The position numbers were made by a program, and so were the translations under genes. A stretch of DNA of 64,000 bases, taken from NCBI GenBank assembly GCA_013265495.1, contig MU057822.1:417097-481096 (forward strand). Reading direction: 5' to 3'. Origin of the DNA: Vicugna vicugna (Eukaryota). Below are positions 24,501-36,500 of the stretch, piece by piece (within the stretch, counting starts at the first letter, position 1; each line of letters opens with the position of its first letter). Below the pieces are notes generated by a model that saw only the letters and a program-made list of their open reading frames with translations, was not told the DNA's origin and did not search any database.

Positions 24501-27500
24501 CGAGAGCGGAAGCGGAACAGAGCATCGTCTGTGCTCACTGCAGGAAGGCCGGGGAGGAGAGCATCTGTGGGGCCACACTGCTCCTGAGGACCCTTCAGTT
24601 CATCCAGCAGCTCGCCCATGACCTGGTAGTGTTGCCTCAGTTGTTAGACCTCGTTCCTTTGGGGAAAGGAACACTAACCAGCAGAGCCTGGCCCTGCTGA
24701 AGCCATGCAGTGTGAATGAGAACAGCAGGCATCACGCTGCTGTGGTGATGTTGGAAGGCCAAGGGGAGTGAGATGTTGAGTTTTGACGGCATCAGTCAGT
24801 GGAAGACTAAGTGGCAAGTGGCCATCGTTGTGAGATTTTCTGGAAAAGACCTTCAGGCAGATCTCAAAGATCCCCAGCTGTGGTTTTCAGGGGTAAAATA
24901 CGGAGACAAAGCAAGTTTGTGGGATTTCTGTCTTCTTTAAGTGCTAGAATGATTCCTGAAGTTTTGTTCACTAAAAATACCAAAATAATAACAGGGTGTT
25001 TTTACTGAAATGTAGTTGACTTACAATATTATATATTAGGTATGCAACATAGTAATTTGATACTTTTATAGATTACACTTCATACAAAGTTATATAAAAT
25101 AAGGCTATATTCCTTGTGCTGTACATTATATCCTTGTAACTTAAAATTTATTTTATATGTAATAGTTTGTACCTCTTAATCTTCTTCACCTATTTTGCCC
25201 TTCCCCCCACTCCTCTTCCCTTTGATGACCATAGTTCTCTGAATCTGTGAGCCTATGTGTTTTATTTGTTTCATTTTTTAGATTCCACATGTAAGTGAAA
25301 ACTTTAAGTATTTGTCTTTCTTTGTCTGACTTATTTCACTAAGCCTAATAGCCTCCAGGTCCATCCATGTTACAAATGGCAGAATTTCATTCTATTTATG
25401 GCTGAATAGTATTCCATTGTATACATGTATCACATCTTCTTTATCCATTCATCTGTTGATGGACACTTAGGTTGCTTCCATATCTTGGCTATTGCAAATA
25501 GTGCTGCAATGAACATTGTGTTTTTGATACTGACTTCTACAGTCACTAATAAAAACACAGTGACAGCCCACTCAAAGGAAGATTCTTGCAGCCATCACCA
25601 TGGAGACCATGGCCTATTACTTCAGGAAGCTAGTCGAGCCCTCTCCTGTATGATATGCAACAGTGTCTACTCTTGACCTTCATTCTCCTTGAGGGCACAT
25701 TCAGAGGCTGGTGGCTCAATTTGTATATGGATTGTTTGGTCTTTGTTATTCGGGCTCTCCTATCACAGCAGAAAATAGCAAATGAGAGGGAGGTGCTTAG
25801 GAGTAGCAGAAGTGTTCGCAGCAGAATTGATCTTTCACCATGCAAGCAGGGAAGGGTCAGAACACACTGCAGTGTAGTCCTGGACAGTAATCATCATCAA
25901 GCAAAGATTCACTGATTTTCCAGGTATAGTATTTATGAAGTCCAGGAGCCTTCATAGGGGTGTGTGTGTATGTTATGTGTATATATACATTAACATGCAC
26001 ATGTGCACTCACACATATTTTAGAAAGTTTCCAATGAAAAATTGTTGTTCACAGACTTTTTAGTATTTAAGAGTCAGCATCAGGTATGTTGAAATTTTAC
26101 ATGCGGAGCCACCTTATCCTTTAATAATGTTAAGTTAATGAGCCATTAAGGTATTTCTCTAAATGCATTTTTCAATTTTTTTTCTGGTCTTTATAATTTT
26201 TTAGGTACAGCAGAAGGAAAGTGGCTTAAAATATAAATCTTTTCTGGACTTTACGGGGCTTGATTTGCAGATCTTCTGGAATTTTTACAGTAAATTAAAA
26301 CAAAAGTAAGTCAAATTTATTACATGACAATTATATAAACACAACTGAAAACACTGAATTTTGTTGTTCTAAATGGATAATTTTTTTTCTTCCAAGATTT
26401 TTTTACTTTCTTCCAGTTTATATTCTGATTTGGAAGATTTAGTTATTATTGAAAATAACATCTCACATTTCTAAAAAATGCTTTATTTGGGCAGTGTTTT
26501 GCAAATATTTTGTCATATATCATCACAACCTCGTAATGACAAGTAAGTCAAGTATTGTAATATCCTCATTTTACTAATGAAGAAACGGGATCAGAAATGC
26601 ATCTCTCTGCCCCAGAGTGGGCAGAGGCAGACTCTCCCATTCCACCTTTCCTCCTCTCAGCTGGCAGTCTTTTTACTGAGCCTGACACCTAGTGGAGTCC
26701 TGTGTAGACAGCTGTTTGGCTTACCTTTTTGCTCTCTGTTCTTTGTCTTCTCTGTAGCCCAAGGGAAGAATGCATCTGTGCCCAAACCCTGCTTCTGCAG
26801 CTTCTCCAGAGCTGCTTCTCAGTGCTGCAAGGAGACACGCCGGGCGCCTCTGAGGACGCAAAGGCTCCACGCCAGAGCCCTAGACAGGTGGAGGCCGCCA
26901 AGGAGCTCTACACACACTTATGCGATGGTAAGGATTGGGGTTCTTCTGTACTGTGACCCTGTGCCAGTGACCTGCAGGGCCTCCTGCTGTAGACAACAGG
27001 GGTACTGTGACCATGCAAGCCAGGAAAGGGACTGCTCCTTTGGAAAATGAGCTTCCTTGATCCTCCTTTGAATCATTACTGGGAGCTCAGGATTTAGTCC
27101 CTCCTCCCCGACTTCCTCTTGGTTTCTGATACAGAGTTGGGTTATATTGAGAGTAATTACTATCGCACTATTCAGTCTTTACTTCAGCGAGGACACGGGG
27201 ATGAGGCTGATAGGTTGAGGAGGGAAAGATGGTAATGATTAATTGAGAATAAAACACATGTGACCATCTGAAGTTATCTTTAAGGCTTGGCCAAGTTGTG
27301 TCTCAAAAGGACGGAGAAATAATGAAATAAAAACTGGTCTGTAGAATCTTTATTTTCATTAAATGTAAACAAATAAATGAAAAAATAATTTCCTCACACT
27401 GCCTGACCTGTACAGAAGTATTTCTTTGCTTTTGGTAGTGAGTTTATGGGCTAGTTAAAGCAGAATATATATCGTAAGTGAATAGATGGAATATATTAAA

Positions 27501-30500
27501 CCCAGTTGTTCATTTTTATCAGTGGTGGATAGGGTGGATGGAGACTCTGTGCCCATGGAAATACTAAAACAAGAAGTCAGGAATACCCTTCTTAATGGGG
27601 CTGCCATCTTCTTTCCTGATCGACAGACCCGGCGGAACCATCTCTTCACCATGATGGTAATTACTTACGTTAAAAGTGTGGATTCCATTCCTGAAGTGTC
27701 GGGTGAAACTTACTAGTCTTTGTTTTCTCTAGATATTCTCACAGTTTCAAATTCTCAAACGTGTATTTAATACATATTGTATGCAAACTTGTATGTGGGA
27801 TGCAAATATCTAAGGACATGGCACTGTACAACCTCCATTCCAGAACCTATTCAATCACAAAGGGCAAGTTTAGTCTCCTTCATCTTTATGACATGCTTAT
27901 AATCAAGTGTTCTTTTTACCTTTTTGTTATGGGAAAATCTATTAAAGACAAAACTAGACTAAATAATACATGTAATGAATCCCTCCAACCCCCAATGTAC
28001 TCATCACCTAGATTCAGTAATAAACTAATCTTATTTCATCTATAATATACCTCACCCACTCCCCCACCCCTAATTATTATTTTGAATTAAATCCCTGACA
28101 TATTTTATTCATAAATATTTTAGCTTATGTCTGTAAAGAAAATACAACCAAGTTTTAATTCTCAGCTTGGATCTACTCATGCTCCCAGACCCTTTCTTCT
28201 TGTTACTCAGGCATCAGCACTGGGGGTGAAAAATGCTTTCAGTATTTACAAGCATTATATTACCAAATGGACTATCCTTATACCAAAATCCAGGTTTTTA
28301 ATTCTGAAGGAAGTATTTCTATATGAAAATGAGCATGATACATGAAAAAAATACATTAATGATAATGTAAAATAAAACAAAAAACTTTCTTACGAAGCCA
28401 CACCAAAAGCCTAGATCTAGGCGAAGGAGCTTTAGAGTTTCTTAGTGTTCTAATGATGTTAAGACACAGGGAAACATAAGTAAACTAAGATGTACAAAAA
28501 AGCAAAATTACAGGCTAATCTTACTTATAAACATAGGAAAATACTGACAAAATATTAGTAAACCACTCCAACAAAATGTAAACAAAATTATGACTGAGTT
28601 GGATTTACCCTAGGAATTCAAGGATGATTTAATGTTAGAAAATTAGTCAATGAAATCATAGAGGAAAACGCATTTATAAATGCAGAAAAAAATTTAAGAT
28701 TAAATTTTGATGATGATTAAAATGATAAAACCATTAGCAAACTTGATGTAAAAGAGAACTCCCTTAATCTGATGGAGGACGTGTATCTGAAACCTACACT
28801 AAACAATATACTGGATGGTGGATCACTGAAGCATTCCTTTCAAAAGCAAGGAATAAGACCAGGATGCTTAATATCACTACTCTTTGATATTGTATTTAGG
28901 GGGCCTAGCCAGTGGTATAGAACAAGGAAAAGAAATTATAAAAATAACAATTGGAAAAAATAAAACAAATAATCATTATTTGTCTGTGTAGTCAAGCAAC
29001 TAACAGAATTATTGAGAAGAATTTGATGAAGAAAACCAGATGCAGAATTTACAAAGGCATTTCTGTTTGCAACAGCTAATTAACTAGTGCAATAAAAGTG
29101 CCCTGCTGGATGCATTAAGCCTTATAGAAACAAAAGTGGCAATAAAAGAGGCATAAAATGTGGTCCCTGATGCCAAATGACTGCAGTCCACTTGGGGACA
29201 CTGCCACAAGGAGAAACTGACTCTGTATGCTATAGGCATGTAGAGGAGAATCATGTTCAGTTTAAGTGATTGAGGAAGATTTCAGAGAGGAGAGAGGATC
29301 TTTGGTTGTTTTCAGCTGTCTACAAAATTTGCATATCAGCTTGAGGGATCAGGTTTTTTCCTTCCCATTTTATTGAGGTATAATTGACATACAGCACTGT
29401 GTAAGTTTAAGGTGTACAGCATCATGATTTGACTTCTATACATCATGAAATGATTATCACAAGAAGTTTAATAAACATCCATCATCTCATACAGATTCAA
29501 AATTAAAGAAATATAGGAAACAGGTTTTTCCTTGTGATGAGAAGTCTTAGGATTTACTCTCCTGACAACTTTCGTATATAACATCCAGCAGTATTAATTT
29601 TATTTATCATGTTGTACATTATATCCCTAGTACTTAACTTATAACTGGAAGCTTGTACATTTTGACTGCCTTCATTCAGTTCTTCCCCCCACCATGCCCC
29701 CAAACCCTACCTCTGGAAACCATAAATCTGATCTCTTTTTCTATGTCTCTTTGTTTTTGAAGTGTAATTGATCTACAGCACTATGTTAGTTTCTGTTAAA
29801 CAGCATAGTGATTCGATATTTCTATACATTTTTAAATGATCACCACAAGAAGTCTATTTATTGTTATGTCACCATGTGAAGATATTACATGGTTATTGAC
29901 TATATTCCCCACACTGTACATTTCTTACCTGTAACTCATTTATTTTGCAACTGAAAGTTTGTACCTCTTAATCTCCCTCAACTATTTCATTCCTCCTTCT
30001 ACCTTCCCTCCCCTCTGGCAGCCATCTATTCTCTGTGTCTATAACTTTGTTTCTGTCTTGTTATTTATTTTGTTTTTTAGATTGCACTTATAAGAGGAAT
30101 CATACAGTATTTGTCTTTTTCTGGCTTATTTTACTTAGCATAATACCCTCTAGGTCCATCCATGTGATCGCAAATAGCAAGGTTTTATGGCTAATACACA
30201 TTCATTTTGTGTGTGTGTGTGTCTTCTTTATCCATCCATCTGTTGATGGGCACTTAGGTTGCTTCCATATCTTGGCTGTTGCAAGTAATGCTGCAGTGAG
30301 TACAGGGGTGCATATACCTTTTCTAGTTAGTGTTTTTGTTTCGGATAAATACCCAGGAAGGGAATTGCTGGATCGTACTGTTTGCCACAGTGGCTGCACC
30401 AATTTGCATTCTCACTGACAGTGCATGAGGGTTCACTTTGGATCAGGTTTCACTTTGTATCACCTTTGATAGCATCAGCCAACATGATGCACAAGTTTAT

Positions 30501-33500
30501 ACTATATAGCACAGATACTCAATATCTTGTAGTAACCTAAAATGAAAAAGAATTTTGAAAAGGATTATATATGTTTATGTATGACTGAAACATCATGCTG
30601 TACACCAGAAATTGACACATTATAAACCGACTATACTTTAATGAAAAAAAATAAAAGTTTAAAATAAATAAATGAAAATGAACAATAAATTTAAAAAAGT
30701 AAACCTGCCATCTTTTGTTCAGACAGTGGTTCTGGTCCCTCTTAGCGCTAGGCCAGGTGTAAGTCAGCCTATGAAGTGATCTGCCTACCCCAGCTTTCCT
30801 CATGCTTGGCAACAGTGGGCCGTGGCATTTCATGCTTCTCTGGGTCCCTGGAATATCATGGAATAGACTTCCTGAATGTGCATCTTGTTTTCTAGAAAAA
30901 TGTCACCGAGCAGGAACACAAACAGTCCCTGCAGCTCACTTTCCGCTCACTGTGCACTTATTTTAGGTAAGTTTATTTTTTTCAATTGTCCAATATTTCA
31001 GATCTTTGCAGTTATTTTCCTGAGCTATCCCTTCCTTTCATGTGCTTTTGGATTAACCAAGTACTTCCCTCACTCAGCCAAGTTCCTAGAGTGAGGTACC
31101 AGTAGTCTCAGAAGTAGCTAAAATAGAGGTTGAATAATAGGCTTATCAAGAGCCTACTCCAGGGCTGGGTATAGCTTAGTAGTAAGATGCACAAGGTCCC
31201 AAGGTCCTGGGTTCAGTTCCCAGTATCTCTGTTTAAACAAACAAACAAACAAAACCTAAAATTACCTCCCCCCATTAAAAAAATTAAAATTAAAAAAAAA
31301 AAAAGCTTACTCCAAGTTCTAGTCACTGTAAGACAGTTTAGAATTGAACCCATTGGGAACCTCTCTGAACACTTCAGTTTTTTGTGTGATTTTTGAAGAC
31401 AAAAACTGAAGCCAAAGGATTTTGGGGTCCGGTCCTCAAGTCTGAAAACCCGGTTCATTAAAGCCCAGTTGCAGAGGCACAGGGTGGTAATTTCGCAAAA
31501 AGTATGCTGGGAGGCGTGACGTGGAGACTGTTCCCTGCTTTGACCTGCCAGAGAAGCTCATGGGCCTGTAGGATGCATTCCTGGAGGTGTAGACTCTTGA
31601 AGAAGGGAGGGAGCTAAAAGCTTGAGTTTGCAGGTCAGACTATACCTGGTGTGGAACTGACACTGAAATCTTGTTGGGTTCTCTCTTGGCACCTTTTGAG
31701 AGAGAAAGCATGAAAATCCCCTTCCTGAAACAGGTGTTGTGCCTAATTTGTCTCCTTTCAGTGATAAGGATCCAGGCGGCCTTCTGCTGTTACCTGAGAA
31801 AGGTGACCTGGCCGACATGGACATCAGCGAGGTGCTGATGGTCATGGGCACCCTGCTGTCTGTTGCTGCCCGGGAGGTAAGTGATGGCTGCTCCCTGTTC
31901 CCTTTGCCTCATGCCTTTAGGAACACGCGACAGGGCAGTCAGGGTGCCTTCTGCTTTAGCTGTTAATTCTGCCTCCTGCATGAGTCATTATGTGCTGCAG
32001 CCAGGACTGAAACCCTGGCTATTCGACCCTCAGCCTTGTTCCCTTTTCACTAGGTCAGACTTACTGTAAGGTGTATGTAGAGAAATGAGATAGCATTTGT
32101 TCAAGAGAAGTCCTCAGAATCTTTACCGTTTGGAGATCACATGTGTGTCCTTTCTTCTTGGTCACCTGCCTGTGATACAAAGAAAATTAGGGACCTCACT
32201 GAACCTCCCAGGCCAGGGATCACTGCAGCCATTGAGATGTTTCCTTGAATTACCTTTCAGTGAAAGATGTTTATGGTTATACTAAAGAGAAAGAGTTACA
32301 TTTAAAAAAATTTTTAAGGTGGTCAAAAATGTACCTAGTCTGAAATTTTTCTCATAAGTCTATTAAATCAATAGGTATTCACTAAATGCTGCTGTGTGCC
32401 GGGCCCTGTGCAAGGCACGGGGGCATGGTGCTAAAAGAGCACAGTCTGGAGGAGCAAACAAACATGCAGTCACTTATGACAGTACAGTAAGGGCTATGAA
32501 AGGGCTTGTGGGGACAGAAGAGCACACTTGACCCACCTGGTGATGGGAAGGAGTGGAGCTTCAAAAAGGCTTCTTGAAGGAGGTGGTGTTGGAGCTCCTT
32601 GTGAGACCACGAATAGAGTCTGACCAAGCAGTGAGGAGGGAGTGTCCCAGATAGAACAGCACATCCAAATAGCTGGTGACAAGATGGGGAGGAGCGGGCA
32701 TTTGACGAGGAGAGTGATAACGAATAGGCTTTGAACATGTTGGGTTCATGGTTCTGGTAGGACTTCAGATGAAGACACCTGGTTGGACACTCAGGAGCTG
32801 AGTCAGGGCTGGAAATGGGGCTTTGCCATCATTAACCAACAGGTGATAGTTGAAGCCATGAATGTCAGTGTCCTTTCATTGCCTGTGGGTGTCGTGAGGA
32901 ACTTCCACGGAGAAAGGGCAGCCAAGAGAGTAAAGAGTGACAGGAAGAAATTCAGGGGAGACAGCAACTGAGGGAGGAGAGTTTCAAGGAGAGTGGTCAG
33001 CTGAGCCACCAAAGTTAAGGTTAAATGGAGAGGCTTTGCTGTCTAGGTGGTAACTGATATCTTTCCTCAGCGGTGTCAGTGAGTGGTGGGAACAGAGGCA
33101 GTAGAATGGCAGGGAGGGGAAAGGAAAGATCACAGCAGGTATAGGCAGCGTTTTCAAGAGGAATACACATACAAAGAATATGTATTGATGTACAATTTAA
33201 AGAAACAACTACCCATTTTAAGGACTAGAACATTACCATTATTTTTGAAGCCTGCCCACCACCCACATGCCCTTCGTGGCTCACCCTCCTCTTTCCTCAC
33301 CAGAGGTAACCATTTACATTCATCATTTCCTTGTTTTTCTTTTTAGTTACCCCTACATAGCAGGTTTGTTTTGCCTGGTTTGGGCCTTTAATGGAATCAT
33401 GCAGTGTATAATCTTCTGGGACAAGTTTTTTTCACTCAGCAGTATTTCTGAGATTCATCAGTGCTAATGTATGTGCTGTAGTTTGTGTTTTTTTTCCACC

Positions 33501-36500
33501 AGTACACAATATGCCTCTTATGAATCAGCCACAATTTACTTATGTTTTACTTGGAGAGTTAGTTAGGTTGTTTCCAGTTTGGTGCAATTACATGGCAGTT
33601 GTAATATGAACATACCTTGTGGTTCGTATGTGCAGGAATTTATCCCTAGAGTTCAGGTGACTCTTCAGATAAGATGGAGAAGATGATGGTTAGAGAGCCA
33701 AGAGGGGTGAAGAATTGTTTTTTAAGGTGGGAGAGGTTTGATTGACGGCTCAGGGGAAGGAGCCAGAGAGAAAAGGGATTTGAAGATGTGAGAGAGAAAA
33801 GATAACTGGTGGGATGAGGCTCCTAAGGGGTGGAAAGAGACGGTACACGGGGTAGAAACCATCTGTAAATGTTCTCAGAAGCTGTAGGGCAAGAGAGGAG
33901 TTTCCATAATACCACCTTTCTTGGTCACTTTTGTGTTGAAAGCTCTTTCACATCTCCTCCCCGTTTCCCTCGAATCTTTTTGCCTGTGACAGCTGCTCTC
34001 TCAGAGGATGCCTTCGGCCGTGTTCTGTGGCTGGATGGCCTTGTAAACACTTTCCATTTGTCTGCTCCCCCGTAGTGTGAGCTGTTAATGCTGGAAGGCG
34101 CCCAAGGGGAGGTGGGCTCTGTGCTCTTCTCCCTGTTCTGGTCTGTCCAAGGCAGCCTGCTGTCCTGGTGCTACCTGCAGCTGAAGAGCATGGACTCTGG
34201 AGCCAAAGACCTTGCCATTGACCTTCTTGGAAAATGTGAGTTTCAGTACAAAACCCATGAAAGCAGCTGGGATTTTGGGCTTTGGCTCTGTGTGTGAGCT
34301 CTCTTCTTAGTGCTTCATACATAGAGCCGAGTCTAGTTGTGGTTTTCGTTTCATTATTACAAATCAGATCTGTCTTTGGGTTGTTTTTTCGTCTTAAAAT
34401 AGAATTCTCTAGCATGTCATTCTGCTCAGTTTCCTCATGAATATGGTAGTATACCTAAGTATTTTTACTGTAATGTTGGGTCATTTCACAGCCTGAACAT
34501 TGCCTCTGCGGTCATACAGCACTGAAGATGATATCGTACTGTTCAGTAGAGTCTGTCTTCCCTGTTTTAATCAAGTTCTCCAAAAAAAGAAAGTCTTGAA
34601 CTTTTAAAATCTAAAGTACATGAGCACTGCTGTGATCTTTGCTGATAATGAAGATACTCAGAGTAATGTCCCATAAACCCAAAGAAAATTATATGAAACC
34701 CAGCAGGTTCTGTAATTTTTATGTGGAAAATTCAGTTCTATCAAACATGATCTCAGCAGCTGTGACAAAAATTCTTACTCTTCTTTAAGAGTCCTGTCTC
34801 TTAAAGTTTGGCCTGTTGGATGGTGCAGCCTAATCATGGGCCTTTTGTGAACAGAGGGAAAGGCAGACTGGCAGCTGGGTTGGTCGGCTTATAAAAGTGA
34901 TAACCTCCACCCGACTGGAGAGTAGCAAAGACAAAAAAAAAAAATTACTCACTTTAAAAGTAATCTCTTACTGAGATCTGCTGCGCTTTTCCATCCCAGA
35001 GGAAAACATTTGTATGACACTTAATGGTCTCATGGTCTTTCTGATTTGGAATACCCTCTACAGCTTCTGTGACTCTCTCCAGCCTTGTCCTTAATGATCA
35101 CCAAGCAAGTGATGTTTCTACCATATGCAGTATTATGTTTCTTATGTTTTGGTAGATGTGGGACAGTTTTTGGCAAGCCTGAGAGTGATTTTGGAATCGC
35201 TTTTGTCACAGTACAGTGGAAAAACCATAGTAGAAAAACTATGTAATTCGGTGTTTTCGATGGCAGCTCGTCAACTGGTAAGACAAAGTGACAGCCATTT
35301 GTAAGGGGCGGGAGCGGGTTGGTGACCTGCATCCCCAGCAGAGTCTGAGGTGGACGCTAAGATCTTCATTCATCTTCCTTTAGGTGATCTTTCTGGTGGA
35401 CTTTTGCACATTAGACATTTCACACTGCACCCTCTTGAGAGAGTTCAGTACCCTGACAGATCTGTTAAAGGAGCTCTGTGGTGACCCTGACGGAGGAGTG
35501 AACAAGGTACCCTGAGCTGGCATTTGAACCGGCTTTGCATCCCCTCTGAGGAGTGCTGTGACCATACATGATGAAACATTCCACTCAGTGCAGGTCTACA
35601 CAGATAAGTTACCTCTAGAAGACCCCCCTGTATTTTCTCAGGTTTTGCATCCGAGTTGATTTGTCACTGTCAGCATTAGAAAGGAGACACAGAGGCAGCT
35701 GATAAAATTAGTCTTTCATCATTTTATAGCACATGAAGTTACACAAAAACCATGTAAGTGAATAGCCAGATTAAAGTCTGCAAGAGAAAATGTGTGTTGA
35801 AAGGCAAGTTAGAAGGTTTGGTATTTAGAGGAGTTTTCTCCCTTATTTAACCTTATAGGACACAAGGTTTTTTCATGTCTTATTTGAATCTCACAAAAAA
35901 TTGGTGGGATAGAAAGGGCATGTATTAAAAAACCTGTTTTAAATCAACTATACTTTTTTAAAAAGCCTATTTTAAAGGCAAAAAAGGGAGGGAGAAGGGA
36001 GGATGGGCTCAGATTTGCCAAGGTCCCACATAGGGCTTAAGGTCTTAAACTCCACTGGAAATTCATGCTAGTACTGATTTGTAAGAAATAGTTCTGTTAA
36101 CAACCAAATGACCCAGTGATTCCACTCCTGGGTATATATCCCCCCCAAAACACCAAAACACTTATTCAAAAAAGATACATGTACCCCAATGCTTATAGCA
36201 GCATTATATATAATTGCCATGATATGGAAGCAACCTATGTGTCCATCAACAGATGAATGAATAAAGAAGATGTGATATATATACAATGGAATACTATTTA
36301 GCCATAAAGAAAGAAAACAAATGGCTCTGCCATAGTTAGAAAATGGAAGCTAATCAGAGTTCCTCCAGTGTAGTGGAAACCCCATGTCAACCCTGCTGAA
36401 TAAATGTATGTGGGTTGATACATGTACATGGGAACGTCAGGTGTGTCTTTAGCCTGTGTGATGGTTTGTGTAGGGCTGTCAGAGGCGGTCCGTCGGGAGC

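Noticed and set aside
35560..35705. Intronic C/D box snoRNA (ATGATGA ... CTGA)
   Set aside because: No terminal stem or recognisable rRNA-complementary guide, and such motifs occur often by chance.
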